From: a virus
Lineage: Duplodnaviria > Caudoviricetes
DNA length: 30,163 nucleotides
Direction: 5' to 3' (one strand)
IMG/VR virus record: IMGVR_UViG_3300020305_000257
Location: 1 to 30,163 of that record
Shown: piece by piece, positions 1 to 11,700 of the stretch
Layout: the number at the start of each line of letters is the position of its first letter
How positions within the stretch are numbered: position 1 is the first letter of the stretch
Translations under genes and position numbers: made by a program
Notes under the pieces: generated by a model
Database searches by the model: none
What the model saw: the letters and a program-made list of their open reading frames with translations, nothing else
Told to the model about the DNA's origin: nothing

Positions 1-432
1 TATTGTCAATGTAGTAGAAGATAGAGCAGTTGTAATACCATTTCCACCAGCTATAGTAACAGTGCTATCACTGGCATTTGCAGTGTATGACCCACTATCA
101 CCAGCTAAACTTTGTAATACGTTTTGTACTACGTTAGGTGAATCGTTTGTAATTGTTAGGTTATCTCCTGCAACATCTGTTGATATACCTGTGCCACCTA
201 CAAAATTAAGTGTAGTAGTTGCACTACTTGCAGTCTTACTATTATTATCTGTTCCGATGACAGTAAACACGTTTTGGTCAGGAGCACCTAAAGTCCCTGT
301 CATAGCAATGGTAACTGTGTCACCAGCTATTGAAGTAGAGATGTTTGCACCACCCGCAATAGTTAAAGTATCAGTTGCAGCAGATGCTACGGTTGAGCCA
401 CTATCTGCGTTTACAGTTTCAAATAAATTCTG
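1..432 (-). repeat. Three tandem ~50-52 aa protein repeats (QN.F/L...A....T.T.aGG.gI.T....tlTI) in the fibre-like gene
   Basis: Repeat starts QNLF (432), QNVF (276) and QNVL (126) are spaced 156 and 150 nt apart and share a TLTIAGGANIST / TLNFVGGTGIST / TVTIAGGNGITT core. Confidence 0.8.
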
Positions 433-1080
433 TGTAGTTCCTCCACCACCACCGCCACCAGTTTCGTCATTAGCAGGATACCAGTAGTTGTTAGTGCCAT
501 CCCATTTCAATACTTGACCATCAGATGCACCACCACCTACAGTCATGTCTACATCGCTAAGTAAACCTATACTGCTACTCTCACTTATAATATTAATCCA
601 TCCAGCTGCTGTTGCGAATCTTGCTTTAGTATCGCCAGAAACATATGCAAACATACCATGATGTGCAACGTTCTCAGGTAAATCTCCTGCTGTATCAAAA
701 TGATTGCTATATTTTAATTTACCATCAGCACCATCAATATATGTTAATGCAGCACCTGTGCCACCAGCCCAGAATTTAACATCTCCTGTCCCATTCGGCA
801 TTAAAGTTATATCACCATTAGAAGATGATATGATTTTTGAAGTACCTACATCAAGGTCTGCTGTTAATGTATCCAATGACCCCTCAGCAAACTGAGACCC
901 ATTCCATTTTAGGAATTGTCCAGTACTGGGAGACCCGACGTTTATCTGTAAGTTAGTGTCATTACCAAGATTGGTATATAACTCATCGATGACGGAATTT
1001 AATTTTATAGCTCCATCTCGCAGGCTGTCACCTGTGCCATCATTCGCTGAAGAGCCTATGTTAAGATTTTGCTTTGCCAT
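1..1080 (-). CDS. Baseplate/tail-fibre connector-like structural protein with gp9/gp10-type N-terminus; runs off the left edge (3'-partial, >360 aa)
   Basis: Not in the ORF track. ATG at 1080 reads MAKQNLNIGSSANDGTGDSLRDGAIKLNSVIDELYTNLG, matching the T4 gp9/gp10 N-terminal pattern (KQ.iNIG...DGTGD.LR.G..KiN..fdElY). It continues through fibre-type GQFLKWNG and GQVLKWDG motifs and a poly-Gly linker, and stays open to base 1. Confidence 0.85.
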   Translation of the reverse strand, partial: MAKQNLNIGSSANDGTGDSLRDGAIKLNSVIDELYTNLGNDTNLQINVGSPSTGQFLKWNGSQFAEGSLDTLTADLDVGTSKIISSSNGDITLMPNGTGDVKFWAGGTGAALTYIDGADGKLKYSNHFDTAGDLPENVAHHGMFAYVSGDTKARFATAAGWINIISESSSIGLLSDVDMTVGGGASDGQVLKWDGTNNYWYPANDETGGGGGGGTTQNLFETVNADSGSTVASAATDTLTIAGGANISTSIAGDTVTIAMTGTLGAPDQNVFTVIGTDNNSKTASSATTTLNFVGGTGISTDVAGDNLTITNDSPNVVQNVLQSLAGDSGSYTANASDSTVTIAGGNGITTALSSTTLTI

Positions 1081-1101
1081 TTTTCGTAGAATCTACAAGT
1101 T

Positions 1102-1109
1102 TATTTATG
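1102..1109 (-). promoter_or_regulatory. Putative T4-type late promoter CATAAATA overlapping the stop codon of the YHYH gene
   Basis: Matches NATAAATA (T4 gp55 consensus TATAAATA) and lies 21 nt upstream of the ATG at 1080. Confidence 0.6.
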
Positions 1110-2694
1110 TGCCATCGAAGGACTGTGCAGTAGAATCGAAATTACTTGATGTAGAATCGAATCTATTAGCAGTATCACCACTGCCTCCTGAGCCACTAAC
1201 AGTCAGATTTGCTGCGTTAGAATCAAGTGGTGAGTTTTGGGCATTATTAGCTGGGACAGGTCCAATAATTCTGCATCGATACTTATATCCTGTCATATAT
1301 GCCAATGCAGTTACACTATAAGATGCTGCTGTTGCACCTGTGACTGCAGCGAATGCAAATCCTCCATCAGTTGACCTATACCACTGATATGAGATAGGTC
1401 CGTTTTCTGGTATGATAAGTGCATTGACTGTGAATGTTGCAGTTTCACCCGCATTGACTGTTGCATTCTGTGGTTGCAATGTAAATTGCAGTGTTGGAGG
1501 TGTAGGTGCATCTCCACCATCATCACCGCCTCCCTGATCCTGTTGGACAGGTGTTACTGTGAATGTGGTATCTATTGTTTCCCTTGTTGTTAATCCAATC
1601 ATATAAGGAAACTCTGCTTCACTCTGGTCATCAACAGACAAGAAGTAAGCATATGTGCCATTGGGATATTCTGGTGTTACACAGAATCTACCATTATGAT
1701 AATCAAGGTCACCAGTACCTTCCACATATTCCCAGTCTTCAACTAATGCACCAGCTGGGGGATTCTCAGCAGTGCTACCATAATCAGGTCTTCCTGCTAC
1801 TTCGGTATCTCTAGCAGAATATGAGCTCTGCATAGTGCTAGTGCCAGAAAGACTATCCCAAGCATTTGTATAAGCAAAAGGTCCGTAAATAGGGAATCCA
1901 TCAAATGCTATACCTACAATTTTAGAATGACCATCAGGATGTCTGATATTGTCACCATTATACTGAGTAGACCCATAGTAATCATTGTATGATGCTATTG
2001 CAGACCCCGCTCTCCAACAATCTAAGAAATGTGTATCATGATAATGATATTGACCAGACTGCTCTGGATGTCCACCACATGAATCACCACCAAAGTTAAC
2101 AGGTAGATTAGGGAAATGAGCATTCCAACTAAAACCTGTTGGTGGGTTACCACCCGCTCCTGCACTAGGATTAAATAATGCCACACCATTTGCAGCAACT
2201 CCAATAGTGCCTAGTGGTGTAGGAAATCTACCATTTCTTTGGTCATAGTATTCATATGTTCCTGTTGTGGGAGTTAATGCTTGGTCACTTACAATCAAAT
2301 CTATTCTATCATCTGCTGCTAACCAACATTCTCCTGCAATAGATGTAAATGTTGTACCTCTGAATATAAACGTCATCTTATAATCATTAAACACAAATAA
2401 TATTCTGTCATTTACTTTAATATTCGCATTAACTCCTGTGAATAATGCAATATCATTAACAGATAATGTTATTGACCTAATAAAGCCATCATGGGTGTAG
2501 TTATTATTATCAAAAACTCGAGAAACACCAAATGTTCCTCCACGGAATAAGAAGTCATGGTCGAAGTCCTGCTCTGTTACTGTGTTTGGATTATTTTCAT
2601 TAGGAAACGTCCCGTATAATACAGGTCTTGGAAGACCATCAGATGCTACTGTGATAATCTTCGTTGCGTTATTAAATGTTGCGGTTGCTGCCAT
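1105..2694 (-). CDS. YHYH-domain virion protein with C-terminal Ig-like domain (529 aa)
   Basis: Contains GVAANGV, CGGHPEQSGQYHYH, HSKIVGIAFDGFPIYGP and GDLDYHNGRFCVTPEYPNGTYAYF motifs of the YHYH family. The Ig-like domain reads QPQNATVNAGETATFTV...YQWYRS...YKYRC (~1195-1495). Confidence 0.85.
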   Translation of the reverse strand: MAATATFNNATKIITVASDGLPRPVLYGTFPNENNPNTVTEQDFDHDFLFRGGTFGVSRVFDNNNYTHDGFIRSITLSVNDIALFTGVNANIKVNDRILFVFNDYKMTFIFRGTTFTSIAGECWLAADDRIDLIVSDQALTPTTGTYEYYDQRNGRFPTPLGTIGVAANGVALFNPSAGAGGNPPTGFSWNAHFPNLPVNFGGDSCGGHPEQSGQYHYHDTHFLDCWRAGSAIASYNDYYGSTQYNGDNIRHPDGHSKIVGIAFDGFPIYGPFAYTNAWDSLSGTSTMQSSYSARDTEVAGRPDYGSTAENPPAGALVEDWEYVEGTGDLDYHNGRFCVTPEYPNGTYAYFLSVDDQSEAEFPYMIGLTTRETIDTTFTVTPVQQDQGGGDDGGDAPTPPTLQFTLQPQNATVNAGETATFTVNALIIPENGPISYQWYRSTDGGFAFAAVTGATAASYSVTALAYMTGYKYRCRIIGPVPANNAQNSPLDSNAANLTVSGSGGSGDTANRFDSTSSNFDSTAQSFDGT

Positions 2695-2699
2695 AAGAT

Positions 2700-2706
2700 T
2701 ATTTAG
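2700..2706 (-). promoter_or_regulatory. Putative late promoter core CTAAATA overlapping the gp7 stop codon
   Basis: TAAATA core at a gene junction, 5 nt upstream of the ATG at 2694. Confidence 0.4.
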
Positions 2707-5700
2707 ATGTCATCGAAGATTTGGTCAGGTGTAAAGTTACTGATTACTGTTGCACCTGTTTGGACAGATAATATAGCAGATAGTGAGTAAACAGGAGTTG
2801 CACCCGCAGCAGTTATTGCTACGCGATACTCATCACTATCATCAGCTTGTGTTGTGTTATTTGAGTTGAATGTTGCTTGGTTAGCACCAATAATGTTACT
2901 CCAAGTTTGTGTGCCATACTCCTTCTTCTGCCACTGATAATTCATGGTAGAAGTATTAGTTACAGTAGAAACAACTGTGAATGATGCAGTCTGACCTTGG
3001 TTGACAGTTACGTTAACTGGGTCTTGAGTGATAGCGATTGTTCCTGCAGTGATTGTAGTGCCACCAGTGTATTCACTACCCTCACCCGCGAGGACGTCAA
3101 ATCCACCATTGACAGGTGTGCCTGTAGGTTCTACAAAATCATCTGGGACTTCTGTCTCAACTAAAACTGAAGGCATAGCATATCCGACACCTGATGTCTT
3201 AACATCAATTCTTGTGATACCAGTCAATGCCTTGATGTTTGCATCAAAACCAGAAGATGATATAACGTCGACGTTAGGACGTGATGTGTAACCATCACCA
3301 GGGTTGGTAAGTATTGCGTTAGTAACTTGACCACTTGTAACAGTAGCAAGTGCAGCTGCATTTCTACCTTTAACTGACCCTGTGTATTCAAATGTAATCA
3401 AGGAGTTGGAAGACTCAATTAGAGCAACTTCTCTTGCAAATTCTTCACCCTCAATTAGGAGGTTATCACCAGATTCTATTGGTGGGACAACTGTTGCTGC
3501 AATAACGTCAGCGTCACTACCAATGTATGAGAATCCAACAAATGTGCTTCCTGCACGAGGAGTCTCAGCAAAGATTATTCTACTACCAACCAATTCATAT
3601 GCTGTTCCTGGCTCTTGGACGATACCATTCAGTGAAACAATAATATTGTTTTCTGGAAGTATAGTGTTAGAAGAAACACCCTCAGTCAATGTCAATGAGT
3701 AGAATAGTCCACCACGCTTGAGGTTGAATGAAGACCTTAATGAATCAAACTCAAATGATATGTCATCTAACTGTCTTAGTTTACCAACATAGTATCCAAT
3801 AAATTCACTACCGATGTCAGGTGCTTCATTAAATTGAATCTTATCAGAGAATGCAACATAACTTGCATTACCACCTGGGGGTTGTAAGATACCATTAACA
3901 AATACAAGTAAGTGTCCTGCAGGGTCTGGGAAGTATGCTTCACCATTGCTGACGGTAAGGTCAAATGTAGTTTGTGCTCCATCAAATCCTCTAAAGTATC
4001 TGTCAACTCTACCTTCAAGTGTGCGGGCAGATGATATTGCAGCACCCCATCCATAGTCAGACTTAACAGTCATATTATCTGCAAATGCACCTTGTGCATC
4101 TTCTACCCAAATTGTTGCATTAATACCAGCTTGCTCAATAGCAACAACTTTACCATATACAGAAGATTGTGTATCTGTGTAACCTAAAACGTTAGCGTAT
4201 ATTGTTGGGAAGTTACTTCCTAACTCAATCTTACCAATATTATTAGTGGTATTGGTCAATTCTGATATATCACCACCAGCTCCAACTGGGACTAAATTAC
4301 CAATCCAAAGTTTATGGATTCCATAATTAGGGTCATTTGTATCAGTTAATCCTGTGCCATTAATATACTGTGTTACAACTGCTGTCCAGCCTGGATTCTT
4401 CTGAGTTGTGCCTTGTAGAAGTGTTACTTCGTCACCAACGTTGAATGTATCACTAACACCAGTATCAACTATTGCTGACCCTAGAGTTAACTCATAGATG
4501 TTTGTGCCATGAATATACTGATTAAGTTGAATTTGTGTGCCAGATATACCCTTGACATCGAGGATGTAATCTGTGACACTACCATATACAACATCACCTG
4601 TATTCCATGCATTTTCAATAGTTTCAACATCAATCGTGATACGACCACCCTCTGTATCTGTCAAACTACCTGACTTATTAGTATAATTCGACATGTATAC
4701 TTCAGCAGAATTTGCAGCATTGAATACGTAGTCACCAGTATTGAAAGCACCAGCTTCAACATTAATCAACATTCTATCACTTAAGTCAGATGTTACAGTA
4801 CCTGTAGCACCAGATGTTGTGCCTTCTAATACATCACCCGCATTTATAGTGCCTGCTACATTGATAAGTTTTACAAATCCATTTAAGTCATTATCTTTAA
4901 TTACAGTCTGTATTACCTTACCTGTGTTAGATGTAGCACCCTGCACAACAACCATCTCACCATCAACAAAGTTAGCAGTGATTCCTGATAGTCCATAGTA
5001 TTTCATCAATACTCTGATGTTTGCTTCATTACTGAATACTGTGCCAATTTCAGATTGTGCGTCTGATGTAGATCCGTAGATAACATCAGCAGGATTAAAT
5101 CCACCTTGTATTGGTGTTTCTGATGGGTCAGATGGGAATATAGGTGTAGTCCTTGTAATACCAGCTCTTCTAACAACTGAGAATATTTGTGACCCTGAGT
5201 TATTAGTGTCTACAGTGACAGCTCTAAATCTACCATCATGAATATAATGTGCACCAACTTCAAACCATTGTGCAGTTGCAGTCATAACATACCAATAAGG
5301 TTGGTTAGTAAATGCAGTTACAGAAGTCTGAGATGCAGGAATGTAAGTTAAAATATCACCACGACGGAATTGGTTTGCACGGTTGATTCTGACTCTATAT
5401 TCTGCACGGTCAAATCCAACATCAACTGTAGGTGTAAGCACAACAAGAGCAGGGTCTGTGTTGTAGTCAATACCCATTTGATATGTCTTACCAAGATTCT
5501 CTGCGTCTGTGCTAGGTATCCATGTAACAGATGCCTCAGTTGGGAATTTAGATAATTCTAGAGCATACTCGATTGGGTTGAGTGATGAGTCCATAATAAA
5601 CTCAGCTGCCTCTTGGTTATACTCTAATCTCTCAGGAGGAAGATATACAGGATAAGTTGCCCAGTCAACATCATCTCTATCATATAATACACTCTTCATG

Positions 5701-8700
5701 TATTCTCTAATTCTTGTTAGATAGTAAATTAGATGAGACCTAGTTACATCTTGATATGCTATAAAGTTACCTTCACCATCAAACCAGTTTTGTAGTAGAC
5801 GGAATGAGCCAGCATTACCATGAGTAATCATGTCATAACGGACTGCCTTCATCACATCAGTAGCAAACTGTTGTGTAGCGTTTGTTGTGCCAAAGTATGT
5901 TTGGACTGATGCAAATGCTCTTTCTTCAATAGCATGTGTATTGAATAGAAGTTGATTAGCAACTCTCTTATCATTCTGTGTGCCACCACCAAGTGAAGAA
6001 GATAATATACTCATCAATGTATCAACTGCAGATGTTACGTTATAACATGTACCTTCTTGATAATTGTTATTAGTATTGTATGGGAATGTCTTAGTAACAC
6101 TAGAGGTTAGATAATTTGTATTTGCAGTTGCTGCACCGATGATAGTATTGAATGGAATTTCCATCAATGTATTAATTGCAGATACAACCTCAGGACATGT
6201 CATATTCCATGTAGAGTCGGAATCACTACCACCATTACTTACATCATATGTAACTGTAAGGTCTCTCTTAGGTAAGTCAGGAGTATACTTAACAGGCCAC
6301 ACATATGGTAGAGTGTAAGTCCTATTTAAAATTTGATTTGGATTATTGATAGTATCATTAAAGATTGCCATCAAGTTAGTTACTTCAGTGCCAACTCCGT
6401 CTGCTTCAGTACCCTGATATGAAGATGAAACTTGACGTGCACGATAGTAACTTAGGTCACCACTGATAGGCCATGCCCATGTAGAAACATCAGTAACATC
6501 TAATTCTGTATCTATCACTGGGTCATGAGGACGTGGATATACATGCTCTGATGCAAACTGGTCAGAAGAGCAACTCATTGTCAATGACTGAGGTGCAATA
6601 GTAATCTTACTGGAAGTTGATAATGTATGTCCTGCAACTGTGAATGTTAACTCACCAGTCTCAGGGACGTAGTATGCATTGGTTGGAGTTAATGTACCAC
6701 CACCAGTAACTTGAAGTGCACCAGAATCTGCACTTACAAATCTATGGACATATCCACCACCAGTAATTAAAGCACCTGATGTTGCGTTAACAAATGTATG
6801 AGGATATTGTTGTCCTGCAGGAGATGCTCCGATATGGACTGTAAGTGTGCCATCTTGTTTCTTAACTGCACCAGTTACAGCAGATACAAATGTATGTGCA
6901 TATTGTTGACCTTGTTGTGATGCTCCAACATCAACAGTAATTACACTACCAACAACAGATTCAACAGGTAACCATTCTTTTACTGCAGGGTCGTCTGCTC
7001 TTGGATATGAATGATTTGTATTATTACCATCTTGTGTGCAAGTAAATGTGATACCATCAGGAGCAATTTCAACCATTGTATTTGCTCTTGCAACACCATT
7101 TGATGCTGCACTTATAAAGGCATGTGCATATCTACTATCAAATGATGCTACACCAACGTTGACAGTAAATGTATCTGTATCATGTGATTTAACAAGAATC
7201 CACTTGTCATACCATGGGTCTGTTGTGCGTGGATAAGAATGCTGAGTTGCATTACTATCCTTTGTGCAAGTAAATGTAAATGCGTTTTGGACAAACTTAA
7301 CTTTACCACCAGTTGTCACGCCATGACCTGCTGCAACTACAGTTAAATCACCAGTCTGAGAATCATATGTCGCTCCTGTAGGTGATATGTTAGTAGGTGC
7401 TGTGAATCCAGAAACACTTGGTAATGTAAGACCTAAGTCACCAGTTGCAGCGTCATATGTTGCAGTTGATGGAGTATGTGCTGTGCTACCTACACCTGTA
7501 ATACCGATTGAAGAATTATACGCCCAATCTGTAACTCTTGGATATGCATGGGTAGTAGCGTTACCATCCATTGTGCATGTGAAGTTAATTGACTCACCTA
7601 AGAATCTAATTGTCTCTGTTGAGTGAATTATATTGTTATTTGTATTTGAAACCCATGTATGAGCATGCTGTCCAGTTGCACCCGCTACACCAACATTGAT
7701 TGTGAAAGTATTTGCATCTGCTGCAGATACAATCATCATCTTGTTGTAATATGGGTCAGTAGTTCTTGGATATGTATGGTTAGATGCTCCACCATCCATA
7801 GCACATGTAAATGTTATATCTTTAACAATGACTCTATCACCTTTTTTGACGCCATGCCCATTAGATGTCAATACCATTAATCCAGTAGCAGGATCATATG
7901 TCGCACCTGTTGTTGTTAGGAGTGATGTGTCTCTGAAGTCATGGTTACCAATATTAAGCACCATTTCACCAGTAGCAGGGTCATAAGTTGCACCACTAAC
8001 ATCATATGTTGACTTAGGTGATGAGCCAACGTTAACAGTGAATGTATTAAGAGTAGTAGATTCTCCGTTTGCTACAGTGCCACTTGTTGCTGCAAATCCA
8101 CCATCACCAGTGTCGGACATCAATCCAGCTGCTGCACCTAATCCAGTAAATCCGCCACCTGGGGTTTCTCCACTACCTATTGGGTCACCATCAATCCAAA
8201 GTCTTACACGACCTTTTCCAACATCTTGGTCTCCACCAATCTTAATTTCCCAAACTAATTCATGCTCTTCATCATCCATATATTGTGCAATACCACCTAC
8301 AGCAATATCAAATATTGCAAGACCAGTATCATTTGTATATGATGCACCACCAGAGTATGACTGGTTGCTGCTTCCTGCACGAATTCTGAAGTATGTGCCA
8401 CCGTCTCTAAATCCAACCCAAACACCTTGAGATGCACCACCCAATTCAAATAGGCATGCATCAACTGCAGTTGAAGGAAGGACAGTTACACATCTGAATA
8501 CTCCATCATCAGTTGGGTCGATACCAGTGCTGCTATTTTCTGAAACATTAATATTATTTTTCTTCTGATGTATATTCCTTGTAAGTAAATTATTTTCAGT
8601 CTGTGTTACACCACCAGATGCATCAACTAATTTAGTTGTTGGTTTGTCAGTTGCATTATAGAATCTTTGATATCCATAGCCAGCATTATCTGTGATAATC

Positions 8701-11700
8701 TGGTCTTTCATTGCACGGATAGCAAGGTCTTTTGCTTTATTAAATATCCAAAGTGTTTCAGTAGATTGACTGTTAACATGAATTAGAGCAGACCCACCAT
8801 AACCAACATAGAATTCTGCACCATACTGGACGTAGTTATCACCACCATACTTAAGGTTGAATACCATCGCCCTTAATAAATCAGTAACGTCATGGACGCA
8901 ATTTATAGGACCACCTGGGATTGTTAGAGATGGGAATTGAATTCTACCTAATGCTACAGCATTTTCAGCAATATAACGGATGTTTGCATCAATAGCATCA
9001 CCACATCTTTGATAGATTTGGTCTCTAGGATTCTGCTCATATGTTTGGACAGGTGTTAGTAGAGATGTATTACCATCAATATAATCTCTACCAAAACCAT
9101 TTCTTAATGTTAATATTGCAATATCTTTAGCAATCTTAATAGTTGTAATAGATGCTTCCCATTCTGTTTCGATATGTTTTAGTGAATTGTTTTCTGGCTC
9201 AACATATAAAGCAGCAGCATCATATACTTTCTCATTACAATCGAATAGAAGGTCATGTGACATAGCATCAAGGATGTCAACAATATCATCTTCACAATTA
9301 ACAGCACCACCTGGGATTGCAAGTGATGAATACTTAGACATATCATTCATAATTGCAACAGATTCCTGTGCAATCAATCTCTTATTAAGTTGGACAGCAT
9401 TAACTGAATCAATAAATCTATCATTATTACCACGATTAATTTGTGGATATCCTTCTGGGTCAATAGTTACAGTATCATCTCTATATGCACCACGTGCTGT
9501 ATATACAGGAACGTAGTAGTCATCTTGGAATTGTGCAGGGAATCCTAAGGATGCTGCAGTTTCACCTGGGCTGAGTAGTAACTGATTTACTGCTTTCTCT
9601 GCTAACATCTTAGCAAAATCAAATGCATCAAGCATTGGATTTAATTCATTTTCTACATGTAAGATATTATTTTGACTGTCTAGATATTGGTCGACAACAT
9701 TCTCAATATTATATGTGCCTCCTGTTGCTAAGTCACTAATAACTGCAGGGAGAATATGCTCTTTAAGGTCTCTTAAACAATATGGCTCACCATAGCCAGG
9801 CATCACTAGATAATCATAATCAGTGTCACCAATAGTTTGTTGATATTTGTTTTGAATATAACCAACTGTCTCTTCTGCGATGTAGTCTCTATTCTTCCAA
9901 ATAGCAGTACCACCATCTCTGAATCTATTACCAGTAGGTGCAAGGACTTCTAATATTGCATCCATCAATGTCCTTACTTCTGTCTGCACTGCAGTAGAAG
10001 CAGGAGTTGCAAAGTTATTTGGTATTCTTAATCTCTGTGTATACTGACCAGTTAAATCATAACTTGTAGTTGTAATAACTGTATTACATAAGTCAGCAGC
10101 ATAATCCCATGCAAATAGAGTTTGTAAAATCTCTTGTTGGACATGCTTTAATTTACCACTAACTTCTAAGTAAGTCCTAGCAGTATAAAGTGTATGATAA
10201 TTACCACCTTCTCTAAGGTCTTTTACAAGAGCACCTAAGATATAATCTTTTGTATCACGAATACATGTCGCAGTACCACCGCTACCATATCCTCCTGTCC
10301 CCATACTGTCCCCAGGAATTGTAAAGTCTGGGAATTGTGCTGCCATATATCCTACTGCTTCCTCAGCAATCCATAGAGCGTTTAATTCTATAATTCCTGC
10401 AGCGTCACGATAAGATGCTCTACCTAAATCAACGTCTTTGATGATGATATCATTAGTACCATAATCAACCTTTCTAGCAGTAGCATTTGATGAGCGTTGA
10501 CCAGTAAATGTTGCATAACATTCTGTAGTAGAAAGTATAAATGGTGCTTCACCATCTAAACCTAGAGAAATATTTTGTCTAGTATAATCAATCTGTGATG
10601 GAGGACTGAATGTTGCAGTATAATCTGCTTGTCCTTGTCTAATACAAAGTAAATCAATGTATCCTGTAAATCCTGTATTTTGTTGGAATGATGTGCCAAT
10701 CCATGCAGGAGCATAAAGATAGTTGTTTGTATCAGCAGCACTAGAAACTACATTACCATTCAAATACAATGTAATAACACCAGTTGACCTAACAACTGCA
10801 ACATGTTGCCATGTAGATGCTTGGACAGTGCCACCGAATACTAATGTACTAGTGCCATTTGCAACGCGAATTGTTGTGCCATCTAAGTAAACTCTAAGAC
10901 CAGCTGTTGCAGATGTCCTTCTAAAGTCAAATAAATGTTGTGTGCCAGATACTGCATCAGGTCTAAACCATGTCTCTATAGTAAAGTCTGCAGTGCCATA
11001 TGTGAAATCATAACTGTCTGCAGCAGCCATGTATCCACCAGAAGGAATTCTGATTGATTTTGTACCTACTAATGTAGTCTTTCTTTCTATAACACTGGTT
11101 GTGCAATTACTATTTGTTAGAGTGGAGTTAGTAATAAACTCACCAGTCTGGAATGTGCCAGTGATAGGTCCTGAGAATATCCACTTAAGACCAGTGTTAA
11201 TACCGATAGCAGATGTAACTGCACCTGAGGTCATACCCTTAATCTGGTTACCAGTTATAAACAATCCACTAGACTTATCCTTATAAGCAAGTTTAATAGT
11301 CCTGATAGTTTCAGCATCCACAAATGTGCCATCTGTAATAGATGCTAATGCATTGACATTATCAAGGTCACCATGACTGATTGCTGTTGTTGCTATATCT
11401 GCTAAGGTTGCAATGTATGCTTGGACGTTAGCACAGTTTTGAATTGATTGATTTCTACCAGATGAGTAATTAGGGTCAAAGTATTCTGCCTTACTACCAC
11501 CACCCAAGAATACTGCATTAGGTAATGCAGAGATGAATGTATGAGTGTAACCACCACCAGACTTAACTGCTCCTGATGTTGCAGATACAAATGTATGAGT
11601 ATAATTTGTAGCGGTATTTTGTGTTGCAACAAATAATGTAATTGTGGTATCTGTCCTTGCAGTAATCTGTATAGGAATATTAGATACAGGGTCACTACTA

